From Oopsacas minuta (lineage: Eukaryota > Animalia > Porifera), in the NCBI GenBank assembly GCA_024704765.1, contig JAKMXF010000318.1, positions 186,001 through 250,000 of the forward strand: a stretch of 64,000 nt of DNA, in the 5' to 3' direction. Under the pieces are notes generated by a model. That model saw only the letters and a list, made by a program, of their open reading frames with translations. It searched no databases and was not told the origin of the DNA. A program made the translations under genes and the position numbers. Below, one piece after another: positions 53,151-64,000 of this stretch; position 1 is the stretch's first letter, and every line of letters starts with the position of its first letter.

Positions 53151-54074
53151 ATGCATTCACCAAGCGGAAGTCAAGCTCGTATTTCACAATTGATTCGTGA
53201 AGAGAGGACAAGTGATCCCGACGCAGATCAGAATTTACATGTCATGCATCTGGCGTCATTATGTGAGACCTTTGATTTGGGGGAAGGGTCGCTAAATCGA
53301 ATTCGTATTGATTCAGAAGAAACTGCATCCATAGATTCCTCAAATCCCGGATCGCCATCTTCTCCAAATCCATTCAAATCTCGTCCTTCTAACATTTATA
53401 TTCACATCCCGAAATCTAATTTACGACACACTCCTTTGCAAAGAACTTCATGTATACCTGACCGGAAACGAAAGAGTGAGAATCTTTATGAGGAAGATTT
53501 GGACAGAATCTCAGCCCTTAGAGGAATCACAAGATCAATATCTCCCTGTCATTTATCACCACGTAGTCTGAGTCCAATGGGGGAGTGTAGGAGTGCACCT
53601 CAATCTCCTCTTTGTCGATCAGCAAATTGGTATCCATCACCAAGTTGTAGTTCACTCAAACGGCCACAAAGCACTAAATCTATAACTGAGAGAGAGTCTT
53701 TATCAGGATCAAATATATCTATATCTAGTCCATCTCCTTACAATTCTACGGAAAACCTAATTCAACCAGCCAAACTAATAATCCCATCACATTATCAAAC
53801 AGAAAGTACCTCCATTTCATCGGGTAGTCCCAACACATTTACTCCATCAACTAACGATACATTTGTTTATCCAGATAGACCATTGCCTGAAGAATCAAAA
53901 GAAATTCCAGCAATTACATATGAACCTCGAACTTTACGTAACAGGAAAAGACTTGAGAGATTTCCAAAACACAAATATATTCGAATGAGAGGTTCGCAAA
54001 CTGTAAATCTTGAATCAAATCCCTCAATCGAAACAACACAATATACTCCTATAAAGAAGCGGAAACTTGAATAG
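53151..54074 (+). CDS. Ser/Pro-rich disordered protein with a C-terminal basic NLS-like motif; function unknown
   Basis: 307-aa ORF in AT-rich surroundings; many SP/TP sites; ends PIKKRKLE. Confidence 0.7.
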   Translation: MHSPSGSQARISQLIREERTSDPDADQNLHVMHLASLCETFDLGEGSLNRIRIDSEETASIDSSNPGSPSSPNPFKSRPSNIYIHIPKSNLRHTPLQRTSCIPDRKRKSENLYEEDLDRISALRGITRSISPCHLSPRSLSPMGECRSAPQSPLCRSANWYPSPSCSSLKRPQSTKSITERESLSGSNISISSPSPYNSTENLIQPAKLIIPSHYQTESTSISSGSPNTFTPSTNDTFVYPDRPLPEESKEIPAITYEPRTLRNRKRLERFPKHKYIRMRGSQTVNLESNPSIETTQYTPIKKRKLE

Positions 54075-57000
54075 GAAAGACAAATTTTATATGTCTCAGA
54101 AATCGAGTTTTATCTTCATAGTTTCTACCAATGAATATGTATAATATATTCTTATCGCTATAGGGCACAGTTACAATCCTATTCACTTATTTGAATTAAA
54201 CGAACTCTGTTCTTATTGTATAATTTTGGAGTTAGTGCAGAATGGTATTGAGCTGTTGGTTACATTTTCCTCATCAAATTCATCCAAATAAGTAAATTTG
54301 CATTATTTTAGTGACAACAATGTTTAACATTGTGATACGTTGTTGATATCCTCAAAGATAGGAGAGCTGTCTTTACCATAGATTTCATTTTCTTCCCAAC
54401 TACGTGCACTTTTAATTTTGTTGTCTTCCACATATGATTGCGCAATGTTATTGTTTAGTTTTCAAATGAATATTAATTGAAGTTATATATTACTCTAATT
54501 ACTAAAAACAATAGCCAGGTTTACATCGCTTGTTGAGCTAATGAGAATTCATCTACGTGATCAATGAATATTTCTCTTTGACTACCGTAGACAATAATAT
54601 TAATTCTTTGAAAGAGTGCAAAAATTCATTAATCCGTTTAACATCCACCTGAACTTATCTATATTCATCTTGAATACCTCAATTATTCAATTTACCTTAG
54701 TATTAACCATATGGGAATGATTTAAGTCAATTTTAATCCTCACTGATCTTGCAATGAGATATTTTATTGGAATTATTCGTGCGGAAAATTGAGCTATTGC
54801 TATTGTCACAACTTTTGTCTTAATTAATGCTGCATTAATAAGCATTATCTAATGCAAATAGCAATTGTAGCATCAAATCTGGTGGAGAGGACAATTTGTA
54901 CGAAGCTGCATAGAAATATCGATAATTAAAATGAATATACGTAATATTGATTCCTTAGACTATTCTTTGTTCACCTCCGTCAACTAATTGAGAGTTCACT
55001 CCATAAATATATTTCTTCCGTATTTGTTAAGTCAATGTAGTATCTAATCAAATTTCTCTTTATTTGTTACTAAATAATACATTACTTGAAATATTAATTA
55101 GCTTAAATAATGCAAGTTATATCATAATTTGTGAAGTGTTTGTAACAGACAGTTTCTGTATTATTTCAGTATCAACCTCACTCTTTATCGTTTATCTGGG
55201 TTACAGTGTATGTATGCTGTAGGCAATATGTTGCTATTATTGGGAGTTTAAGAGTAAATTATGATGGTGTTTCGCATCTGATGAAAATTGACTTTTTGAT
55301 CAATTGCAACAAGTTTTGAACTAATGTATTCACTAGCATAGTTCCATTTCCCTAATTAGCATAATTAACCTTTACGATATACTTTAGATAATCTATTGAC
55401 TTGGTATCATGTTTGTTATCGGAAACCTCAATAATACATTGTAAAATGATGTCTCATTCATATATTATGTGGGATAGGGTATTGGTTATACAACTACCAG
55501 TCAGCTGTTGAGGTTACGCAAACATCAAGTTCATAGTATATTCATTATGGGACTTCTTATCCCAATAATACAGGGAAATATTTACCATCCAATAATATGT
55601 AATTCAACTGTTTATTTGTTTTTAAGCAAATAAAGTTTATTTTTCAAACCACCATGCAAAGATACCCTACTATAATTCTTTTGCGTATTCATTATAACTT
55701 GTTTTGTATAATCGGGATGTGCTGTAAATCAATGTGTTTATGTATTATCAGTATTTGCATACACAGTATTTTCCAGTTGAATGATAATGCTGAGTTGCTT
55801 ACATCATATAAATATATATGATCTATTGAATAGTAGATTTATGAACTTCTTGAGAATATTTTTTGTGAAAATCCTCTATTTCAGCTTTTTTGGTAATTTA
55901 TTTGTAATAATATCCAAGATTATTTCCTTATAAGTTATAAAGTTTATCAGCTGTAATAAAATTATTAAATTAATACATACGTCATACTGTATTTCTGCGA
56001 CACATAATCTCTTATTACAACCTAAAATACGCTTACAATAATTATAACTATAATAACCTTAATGAATTTTTTCACTGGCAGTATACTGGAAGTTGATAAA
56101 ATATCGATACGCTGTATATTGCAGAACTTTCCTATCTAATCGATACCACATTATGACTTAATAGTGAATGATTGGAATCTAGGAATTGGGAACACAGTTG
56201 AAATCAGTAATAGGAATTTATTATGTCTTGTAGATGTCTCTCTTTTCAGGCGTAGAACAATCCTTTTAGATAGGACGATTATCAAAAATATCTTGAGATT
56301 TATTTTACTCAGTAAACTAATGTTAATCACTCAATGATATCTTTCCAATAGGACTTTTACATAATTTCTATATACATTCAAATAGTATTATCCAGGTTAA
56401 TCCCTGCAATATTTAATATAGATTACTCAATCTACTCTAGCAGTGTGTTCTAATCGTCCCGTATTTCAATATTATTTTTCCCTCTTTCAATTTCCATACT
56501 ATATCATACAACATATGATTATTCTAATATGCTGATTTACAGAATTAAGTTATACCCTGTATATCCAGATAGGTATATAGTACAACTTTCAAAGCAGTAC
56601 ATAACAACACATGATTATACTTCTATAGGAAAGGTTGCATAAAATATCCAGTAAATTGGTTCATAAATCATATAGTTTTAATGGAATTCGTTCTGTATTA
56701 TGACTGAATCACCCTTCCTGTAAGTTTGCCCTGAGGCCCATTCTTGCGTATAATATTGTCATATGATGCTATTGAATAACATTGAATAGTGTAAAACAAG
56801 GCATTAATATAGATAGGATAATTAAGAGTAATTCAATATATTGTCTGGTGAAGTATTTGATAGCTTTGCCAATGTTTGTGTTTGCCTCTTATGGATTATT
56901 GTCCAGATTCGTGTAGAGTGATAAGATTGTATTTCATCGCTAGTGAGTCTTTTGGACCGAAAATACTGTTTCGGGAATAATTGCATTATATCAATATTCC

Positions 57001-58386
57001 AATATTATTCAGCAATTTTCGTGATAAATATTTAATTATAACAGACAGTAGGATGCAATATTTTTAGTATTATTTATAACAAATGATTTGGTAATTTATC
57101 TTTAAAATTCTTTAAATAATTTCCAAATTGGTAAAGTAATTCTCTTCATTTAATAATAATAAACCTGCAAATATTTATGGGTTGAACTTTGTGGGATGAT
57201 AAATTCTAACTTAACTTTTAAGGTTTTTTGTATAATCCTTCGGATCTGTAAACATATTTGCTCAGCATACTCCGTAATATAATCGTCCCGAACTAAGAAA
57301 CCAACGTATAGCTACGCTATGATTTAATAGGAAGGGGCTGTCACTGTTCTTATCTCAAACTTTATTAAATTAATCTAGTTTTGCTGGATAATAATGTAAT
57401 GTCCTTCATTGTAATTATAGGATTGTTGATAGACAAAATAATTATATGAGGATTATCTCTACCAAAATCTATGCTACTAGTAATTATATTAATAAATGCG
57501 TGATAATTTGTCTAGGAGAATTGGAATAGTTATTTTTGTTGTTGCTTCTTTATACAGAAATTATCGACTTTTTGTGTGTTATATTGGAAACTTTAAAATG
57601 TAACAGGCAATATAAGTATTCAAATGTTTGCTACTAGACATAAGTAAATAGGAATCAAGGGTATTTGCACTTTTTTGGGTGAAGAACTTGAGAATCACAA
57701 CATATTGAAGGCTAAGTCACGTCGAAGTTTCTGCCATTCAGGGCTTCAAATTTGTATTAATTAAAATGACGATAAATGGATGATTTTACAGCAATCTCGT
57801 ATTCACTGATGAATTCCACTCAACCATGTTCTAAAACCATACGTATCTCAGGTTATAAGAAATACCCATCACTTTATAATTATTAGATTAAGATATCATA
57901 ATTCTGTAAAGATTAACAAATCGTTTTTAGACTTATCAGATTATTAATTAAACACAATTGAAAATGATCCTGTTAGAAGCAAATACGTAGTCACTTTTCG
58001 GTTTGTCGAGTAGTTGTGTATTACCTGCCTACTGCATTGCTGTTGGTTAACAATTATGTAAATGTATTATTCAAAGGATTTATACGTCTTTCTAATTAAA
58101 TTTTCGATTCATTCATTATTCTGTTGTTATGATTTTAAAATGAAGTTGATATCCTTGAATACACATTGAATGAATGTTTTACACATTTGTACGGACATTT
58201 GTTCCTTGTACACAAATCTACACAGATTGATTTATCTTACAGATTAAAAGAACTCAGTTTACTTTGAAATTAATAAGTAGAATTCTAGATATCCTAAATA
58301 TCCACTAATTTGTAATTTTATCAATTAATGGTTAGGAATATTATGATTTCTAATTATTCAGCGAATTTATTGCTTAGAAATATAGC

Positions 58387-59520
58387 ATGGACGGGTTCGG
58401 GTTTATCGCTAACCAGCCAATCGTGATTGACAATGGTAGTGGTATCATAAAAGCCGGTTTCGCGGGGGAAGATCAGCCGAAATTCCGGTTTTGTAATTAT
58501 ATCGGTTTCCCGAAACATGTGCGAGTTATGGCAGGAGGCTTGGAGGGAGAGAGCTTCATTGGACCCAAGGCAGAAGAACATAGGGGATTATTGAGTATAA
58601 AATATCCGATGGAACATGGTATCGTGAAGGATTGGAGAGCTATGGAACAGGTTTGGCAGTATTTATACTCTAAGGAACAGCTACAGACAACACCAGAGGA
58701 TCATCCTGTTCTCCTAACCGAAGCACCACTCAATCCAACTGCTAACCGCATGCAAGCAGTTGATTTCTTCTTTGAAACTCTCAATGTTCCTGCTCTATAC
58801 ATTTCTATGCAGGCTGTATTGAGTTTATACGCTACTGGTAGAACTACTGGGGTAGTACTTGATTCTGGGGATGGAGTTACTCACTCTGTGCCGGTATATG
58901 AGGGGTTTGCTCTGACTAACTCTATTTCACGTTCTGACATAGCTGGTAGAGATATCACTGGATTTCTACAATCTTTACTCCGTAAAGAAGGCCATATTTT
59001 CAAAACTACTTCTGAGTTTGAAGTAGTAAAAACTATCAAAGAGAATGCTTGTTTTATTTCACTGAATGTTCAGAAGGAAGAACAGCTCTTTGCTAACAAA
59101 GGAGGAGAGTATGTGTTACCAGACGGTACCAATATTATGATAGGCAGGGCTAGATTCCGAGCCCCTGAATTGCTATTTCATCCTTATCTTATCGGAGAAG
59201 AGACAGAGGGAATACACTCTGTACTAAGCAATAGTATACGTAAATCTGATCTGGATATACGTAAGGTACTGTATACCAATATTGTACTATCTGGAGGGTC
59301 TACTCTATTCAAGGGATTTGGAGATAGATTGTTAGCTGAGATGAAAGAGATTTCACCCAAAGAAATAAAAATACGAATATCCGCACCAGCAGAGAGACTA
59401 TACTCCACCTGGATGGGAGGATCTATTCTAGCATCGCTGGAAGCTTTCAAAAGGATCTGGATAACTAAGAAAGAGTATTCAGAAGAAGGATATAAAGTTG
59501 TGGAGAGGAAGACGGTGTGA
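58387..59520 (+). CDS. ACTR1: Centractin (Arp1, dynactin)
   Basis: [32 protein letters not shown]...[40 protein letters not shown]. Confidence 0.95.
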   Translation: MDGFGFIANQPIVIDNGSGIIKAGFAGEDQPKFRFCNYIGFPKHVRVMAGGLEGESFIGPKAEEHRGLLSIKYPMEHGIVKDWRAMEQVWQYLYSKEQLQTTPEDHPVLLTEAPLNPTANRMQAVDFFFETLNVPALYISMQAVLSLYATGRTTGVVLDSGDGVTHSVPVYEGFALTNSISRSDIAGRDITGFLQSLLRKEGHIFKTTSEFEVVKTIKENACFISLNVQKEEQLFANKGGEYVLPDGTNIMIGRARFRAPELLFHPYLIGEETEGIHSVLSNSIRKSDLDIRKVLYTNIVLSGGSTLFKGFGDRLLAEMKEISPKEIKIRISAPAERLYSTWMGGSILASLEAFKRIWITKKEYSEEGYKVVERKTV

Positions 59521-59586
59521 TTGTTGTTATAATTGTTTATGGCAATTATTAGATTATTTATATATATATATCTAGTTAATAGTATA

Positions 59587-59881
59587 CATTAGTTAATCCG
59601 AATCTCGCTTATCCGCACCCTCGCTAATCTGTACAGGTCCTAAAGGTACTTCAACCTTTGAAAACGATCTAAATTTCAAAGACTTAAGAATTGTATCCAA
59701 TACTACTGCGGACAAACACATAATACTATATTACACATGTTAGCAGCCTTTTCTTAGTTTGTACAGATTTCGAAAAAATGTGCTCCTAAAGTATTGTTTC
59801 AATGTTTTTCAGTAATCTGAAAGAATTACTTTCCAATTGGAACAGTGCAGTGCTTTTTTTCGGATATGCGAGGATTTACTA
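59587..59881. mobile_element. MITE family B copy
   Basis: Interior homologous to 34929-35173; ends carry cctcgctaatc / cggatatgcgaggatttact subterminal motifs. Confidence 0.75.
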
Positions 59882-60100
59882 TAATTGGGGATAATTTATA
59901 CTTTTGATAGCGTGGGTTAAGATAAATTACTAGACATTAAATTCTATGATATTAATTATAACCGCTATCTTCTTCCTTGCCTAGAAATTTCTAGATTTTA
60001 ATATATTTAGTCTGAATGATAATTACATCATAATTGGTGTAATAGCATTTTCATTTTATTTATTTCAGATTGATCGAGTAATTAATATTATTCTATAGCT

Positions 60101-62292
60101 ATGCTGTTAAGAGCCTCAGCAGCCACTGATCCTATTTACCCATCGGATAAGACTCCAGAGCATGTGCAGACATCTAGACGTAGATTTGTTACGAGTGATA
60201 GTAGAGATATCACTGATAGTAGGGAGGGAGCTACTGTGGCTCCTGATGGTCTCAGATCTATGCACTATTATAAGGTAACCAGCTATTATGTCCATATTTA
60301 CCAACCCCTATTTCCCTAGATTTCTTGTAAACCCTAGAGGATTGTATTGAGCATTATTATATTGTTTAGAACTGGGCTAATGGATTATTGCTATCACAAA
60401 ATAAGGGACATATAGACAGCTTAGTTGAAGCATTCTCAGAAGGGAGGATGGTTCTAATACTCACACAACTAGTAATGGGAGACAAGATATCTGGAGCTAG
60501 AAACGATCCAGCTCTCTTGAAACACAAACTCGCCAACACCCATAAATGTATAGAGATGGTATCTAACCATGGTATTGTATTGGAAGGAGTTACACCAGAG
60601 GAATTGGTGAATGGGAAGAAGATACCTATCAAGATGTTCTGTCAGGCTCTTGAGAAAGAACACAAAAAGCGGTTATCTGGCGGAGTAAGCACATCACATA
60701 CAGGGACTATCATAGTGAATAAGATTAATTCAAGCAACCCACCCACTTCTGTTCCTGATGAGAAACTAGAATATTCTAGAAATATCAACATAAATACAAC
60801 AGATAAGAACCTTAGGTTAGAAGATATAGCTATAGAAACTCCTATACAAACAGAATATCACTTACAAAATGAGGATACATTAGTTGATAATACAAAAGAA
60901 GTTAGCTTACCAACTGAAAACAAAATACAGAATATCTCAGAGAGTGATAAAGTCAAATTGAATAAGAAACCGCATTTAGAAATTCCCTCACATAAAGCTT
61001 CTAACAAATTCCTGCCCAGTCCTCCTAGGAAGCATGTGGATACTGATGAGAGGGAAATTTGCAAATCTAAGAAGAGTGATAATAACACGGAAATTCTACG
61101 AATAAAAGAGACCAAATCTAAGGAAGAGACAATTCAAATTTCTCAGAAGCAATCTCAATTGAAACAGAGAAGATATTCTCCTTTAGACATTACTAAACTA
61201 GCTGGTAAGCTATTTGATGCTTTCAACACTTTCTCAAACAACGATCTTCCAGATTTAGCTGAGGAGACTACTGAAGAGTCTATCAGTATTGCCACTGATG
61301 AAACCATGGATGCAGGGATAATTTCTACACAGCGAAATAAGGATACTTTAGCAAATGAAACAGTTAACAGAGAGAATGTGAAACATATATCTGACGTCAC
61401 GCAGGATTTGACGACTGACAACTTGACAGTACTCCCACCTCTGTCACTGGATGATCTATCACCAGAAGTAGGTGACGAGGCCATTAAGAAAGATACAAAG
61501 CGTATTTTACGTAAAACAAAACGACAAGCCACTTCAATAGACTCTGCTGACGTAATACATGCCCGAAATGAAGATGACGTCACTCAAGAATTAAATCTAG
61601 ATTTAGCTCCGTTACAGAGTGATTTATTGCTAGTGCAAGATTCCGTTAATTCAGATATAAAATCTACTGAAGCAATGGATAGAATACCAGTAACAGCTAA
61701 TACAATAGAATCTAATACAAAGCATCGTAAAAAGGATAAAAATATTACAAAAGAAAATCACCGATTGAAATCTATCGGTGTGACAGAAGCACACTCAGTT
61801 GAAGACATGTGGTCAGAATTACAGAGACTGAAAACCACTGTACGTACACACCATGCTATAGCTTCTAGATTTGCACAAGACTATCCAGTCATGCGTAGAT
61901 GCTTTGAATCCCAGAATCAAACAGTGCGTAAATTAGAGCGTGTACAGCATACACGTAGTCGTAATATTGAAAAAGAGCTACAGGATAAACTGGCTCTTAT
62001 GGAAGGATATTTAGTGCAGACTATGAGAGAGAATGCTGACCTTAGAAGCAAGGTTTGGGGGCTGACTACTCGACTCACTCAGCTTGAGAAATCTGGTTCG
62101 TCTAGGCCTAGCTCAATACTCAGTTTATCTGAAGTACAACATAAGGAACATCCTAGAATTCAAGATATTTCAAAGATTAAACGCTCACTGAAACTAAAGA
62201 AATTCTTTGGAGAAGAACCTCCCCCTTTGTTAGAAGAGATTCCTACCTCTTTTACACACGATACCTCTCGAGAAGATGATGAGGTTGTATAA
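60101..62292 (+). CDS. Calponin-homology domain + low-complexity linker + coiled-coil protein; two exons
   Basis: Exons 60101-60274 and 60370-62292 (phase 0) give HYYKNWANGLLL...IDSLVEAFSEGRMVLILTQLVMG...GIVLEGVTPEELVNG, a CH-type domain; C-terminal heptads follow. Confidence 0.75.
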
Positions 62293-62469
62293 GTTAATTG
62301 ACTCCACCCCAAATGTACTCTTACTGATTGCTTTCATTGTGGCATCATAATATTGATATTTTTACATTCATATCCCTGTATTTATCTCGGTTTAATTTCT
62401 GTATCTTCTGTCAATAGAGATACTAGACTACTGTACGTGACTCTAACCTATATTTTATGTTCTTATATA

Positions 62470-62604
62470 CAGTTAACTCCCGCGATAAGTACTTCGAATT
62501 CGATAAAACCGATGAAGTTTATCTTACTTTGGCGGTTTGGGAACATATTTGTACAATTCAGACTTTGATATAAACCAGTATTTCAATATAATGGGAGTTG
62601 ACTG
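62470..62604. mobile_element. MITE family A copy
   Basis: TA|cagttaactcccgcgata ... tataatgggagttgactg|TA plus the family core. Confidence 0.85.
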
Positions 62605-62654
62605 TACTTTTATTTCTCGATTAATAAATTCCTAATACATTTATTGGTGTCTAG

Positions 62655-64000
62655 ATGGCTAGTAGCTCATTCTCGCCCCTGAAACAGAAACAAAGCTCCA
62701 GCATCACACAAGAAGGATTCCACCAACTGGGATTAGAAGCTAATACAATTCTAAGGGATTATCAACTTGTTGGAGTTAATTGGATAATTGATTGTCATAA
62801 TAATAATCATGGGTGTATCCTGGGTGATGAGATGGGCCTAGGTAAAACCATACAATCTATTTCATATTTGTTGTACTTACGCAGCAAACTATCTACATTT
62901 GCGTTCTTGGTTGTTTGTCCACTTTCTTTGGTGCAGAATTGGCGGAAAGAATTCGAAACCTTCGCTCCAGATCTCAAAGTTATAACTCTGGTAGGTGACA
63001 AGGGATCCCGCGAAAATACACTAACAAAAATCAAACATTCCAATACCCTCGATTCCGTTGTCATTACAACCTCAGAATATGTCCTTATAGAATCTGATCT
63101 ATCCTTGTTAAAGTGGTCTTGTATAGTTTTTGATGAAGCTCATAGATTGAAGAATCACGAGAGTAAGTTACACACGAAGTTACAAACTAAATTTAAGATC
63201 AATTTTACACTTCTTCTAACGGGTACTCCCATACAAAACAATCTCCTTGAGCTGTACTCTCTACTATCTATAATTCATGTCGATGCCTTTCCTCTTGCGA
63301 ATATTGATAAGTTTGTGGGAGAATACAAATCAATAATTGATAAGGATAATAAAGACGAAATATCTGAGCTACATTCTCTATTAAAACCTTACCTTTTACG
63401 GAGAACTAAGGAGGAAGTTCTATCTTCTCTTCCCAAGTGTTCCCAAGTACACATATACATCCCTATATCTGATATCCAAAAAAAAATCTATAGAGCTGTG
63501 TTATATAAGGATTTAAGCGCGTTTGGAGAGGCAGGTAACAAAACACGTCTCCTTAATGTACTCATGCAGTTAAGGAAGTGTGTGAACCATCCATACCTGT
63601 TTAATGGAGTAGAACCTGAGCCATTTGAGATGGGAGAACATCTCGTAACTGCTAGTGGTAAACTAGTTATACTAGATAAAATACTAAAACACTTGAAGAA
63701 GACCAAACACAAAGTTCTGCTGTTCTCTCAGATGACACACATGCTGGATATTATACAGGATTATCTTACCTATAGGAATTATACATATGAACGATTGGAT
63801 GGCTCTGTTAGGGGAGAAGAGCGTTATTTAGCTATCAATAGCTTTAACAAGAATGAAGATACTTTCGTGTTTTTACTGAGCACAAAAGCTGGAGGTGTTG
63901 GACTAAATTTGACAGCTGCTGACACTGTCATATTCTATGACAGTGATTTCAATCCTCAAAATGACATACAGGCAGCTGCTAGAGCTCATAGAATAGGACA
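62655..64000 (+). CDS. CHD1L: SNF2-family chromatin remodeller CHD1L/ALC1 (3'-partial; missing from the ORF track because there is no stop in the window)
   Basis: LRDYQLVGVNW...GCILGDEMGLGKTIQ, DEAHRLKN, LLLTGTPIQNNL, KCVNHPYLFNGVEPEPFEMGEHL, LDGSVRGEER, QAAARAHRIG. Confidence 0.93.
   Translation, partial: MASSSFSPLKQKQSSSITQEGFHQLGLEANTILRDYQLVGVNWIIDCHNNNHGCILGDEMGLGKTIQSISYLLYLRSKLSTFAFLVVCPLSLVQNWRKEFETFAPDLKVITLVGDKGSRENTLTKIKHSNTLDSVVITTSEYVLIESDLSLLKWSCIVFDEAHRLKNHESKLHTKLQTKFKINFTLLLTGTPIQNNLLELYSLLSIIHVDAFPLANIDKFVGEYKSIIDKDNKDEISELHSLLKPYLLRRTKEEVLSSLPKCSQVHIYIPISDIQKKIYRAVLYKDLSAFGEAGNKTRLLNVLMQLRKCVNHPYLFNGVEPEPFEMGEHLVTASGKLVILDKILKHLKKTKHKVLLFSQMTHMLDIIQDYLTYRNYTYERLDGSVRGEERYLAINSFNKNEDTFVFLLSTKAGGVGLNLTAADTVIFYDSDFNPQNDIQAAARAHRIG

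Noticed and set aside
1-64000. CRISPR arrays, rRNA, tRNA, prokaryotic operons
   Set aside because: None seen by eye; the sequence is spliceosomal-intron-containing eukaryotic DNA. The repeated FN3 exons are protein-domain repeats, not spacer arrays.

Overview
AT-rich, gene-dense eukaryotic (animal) DNA. The compact layout, short (~55-110 nt) GT-AG introns, many intronless genes, a myosin-SH2 gene and an NHL-repeat gene suggest a non-bilaterian, most likely a sponge (inference only). The left third is a receptor cluster. It holds a multi-exon tandem-domain (D1+D2) protein tyrosine phosphatase with a TM helix but no adjacent ectodomain, with a degenerate Maf-like bZIP gene nested antisense in one of its introns. 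It also holds two head-to-head paralogous FN3 receptor genes that share a ~1.07 kb almost identical inverted core flanked by strongly diverged sequence, and a third 7xFN3 receptor with a Ser/Asp/Gly insertion that lies head-to-head with a myosin-SH2 gene. IER3IP1 and PLEKHM2 sit between the PTP and the FN3 pair. The rest is mostly conserved single-exon genes (DYM, SUB1, DBR1, integrin alpha, HSCB, CFAP74, CRBN, NHL protein, PSMA4, EED, M6PR-like, ALDH7A1, TMEM42, ACTR1, CHD1L partial) plus a two-exon CH-domain gene. A TMEM87 gene appears to carry DBR1 and the integrin inside its first intron. Several TA-flanked MITE families are present, and a 19-bp Tn5/Nextera mosaic-end sequence at 52759-52777 is probably an assembly artefact. 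All exon models were derived by eye.
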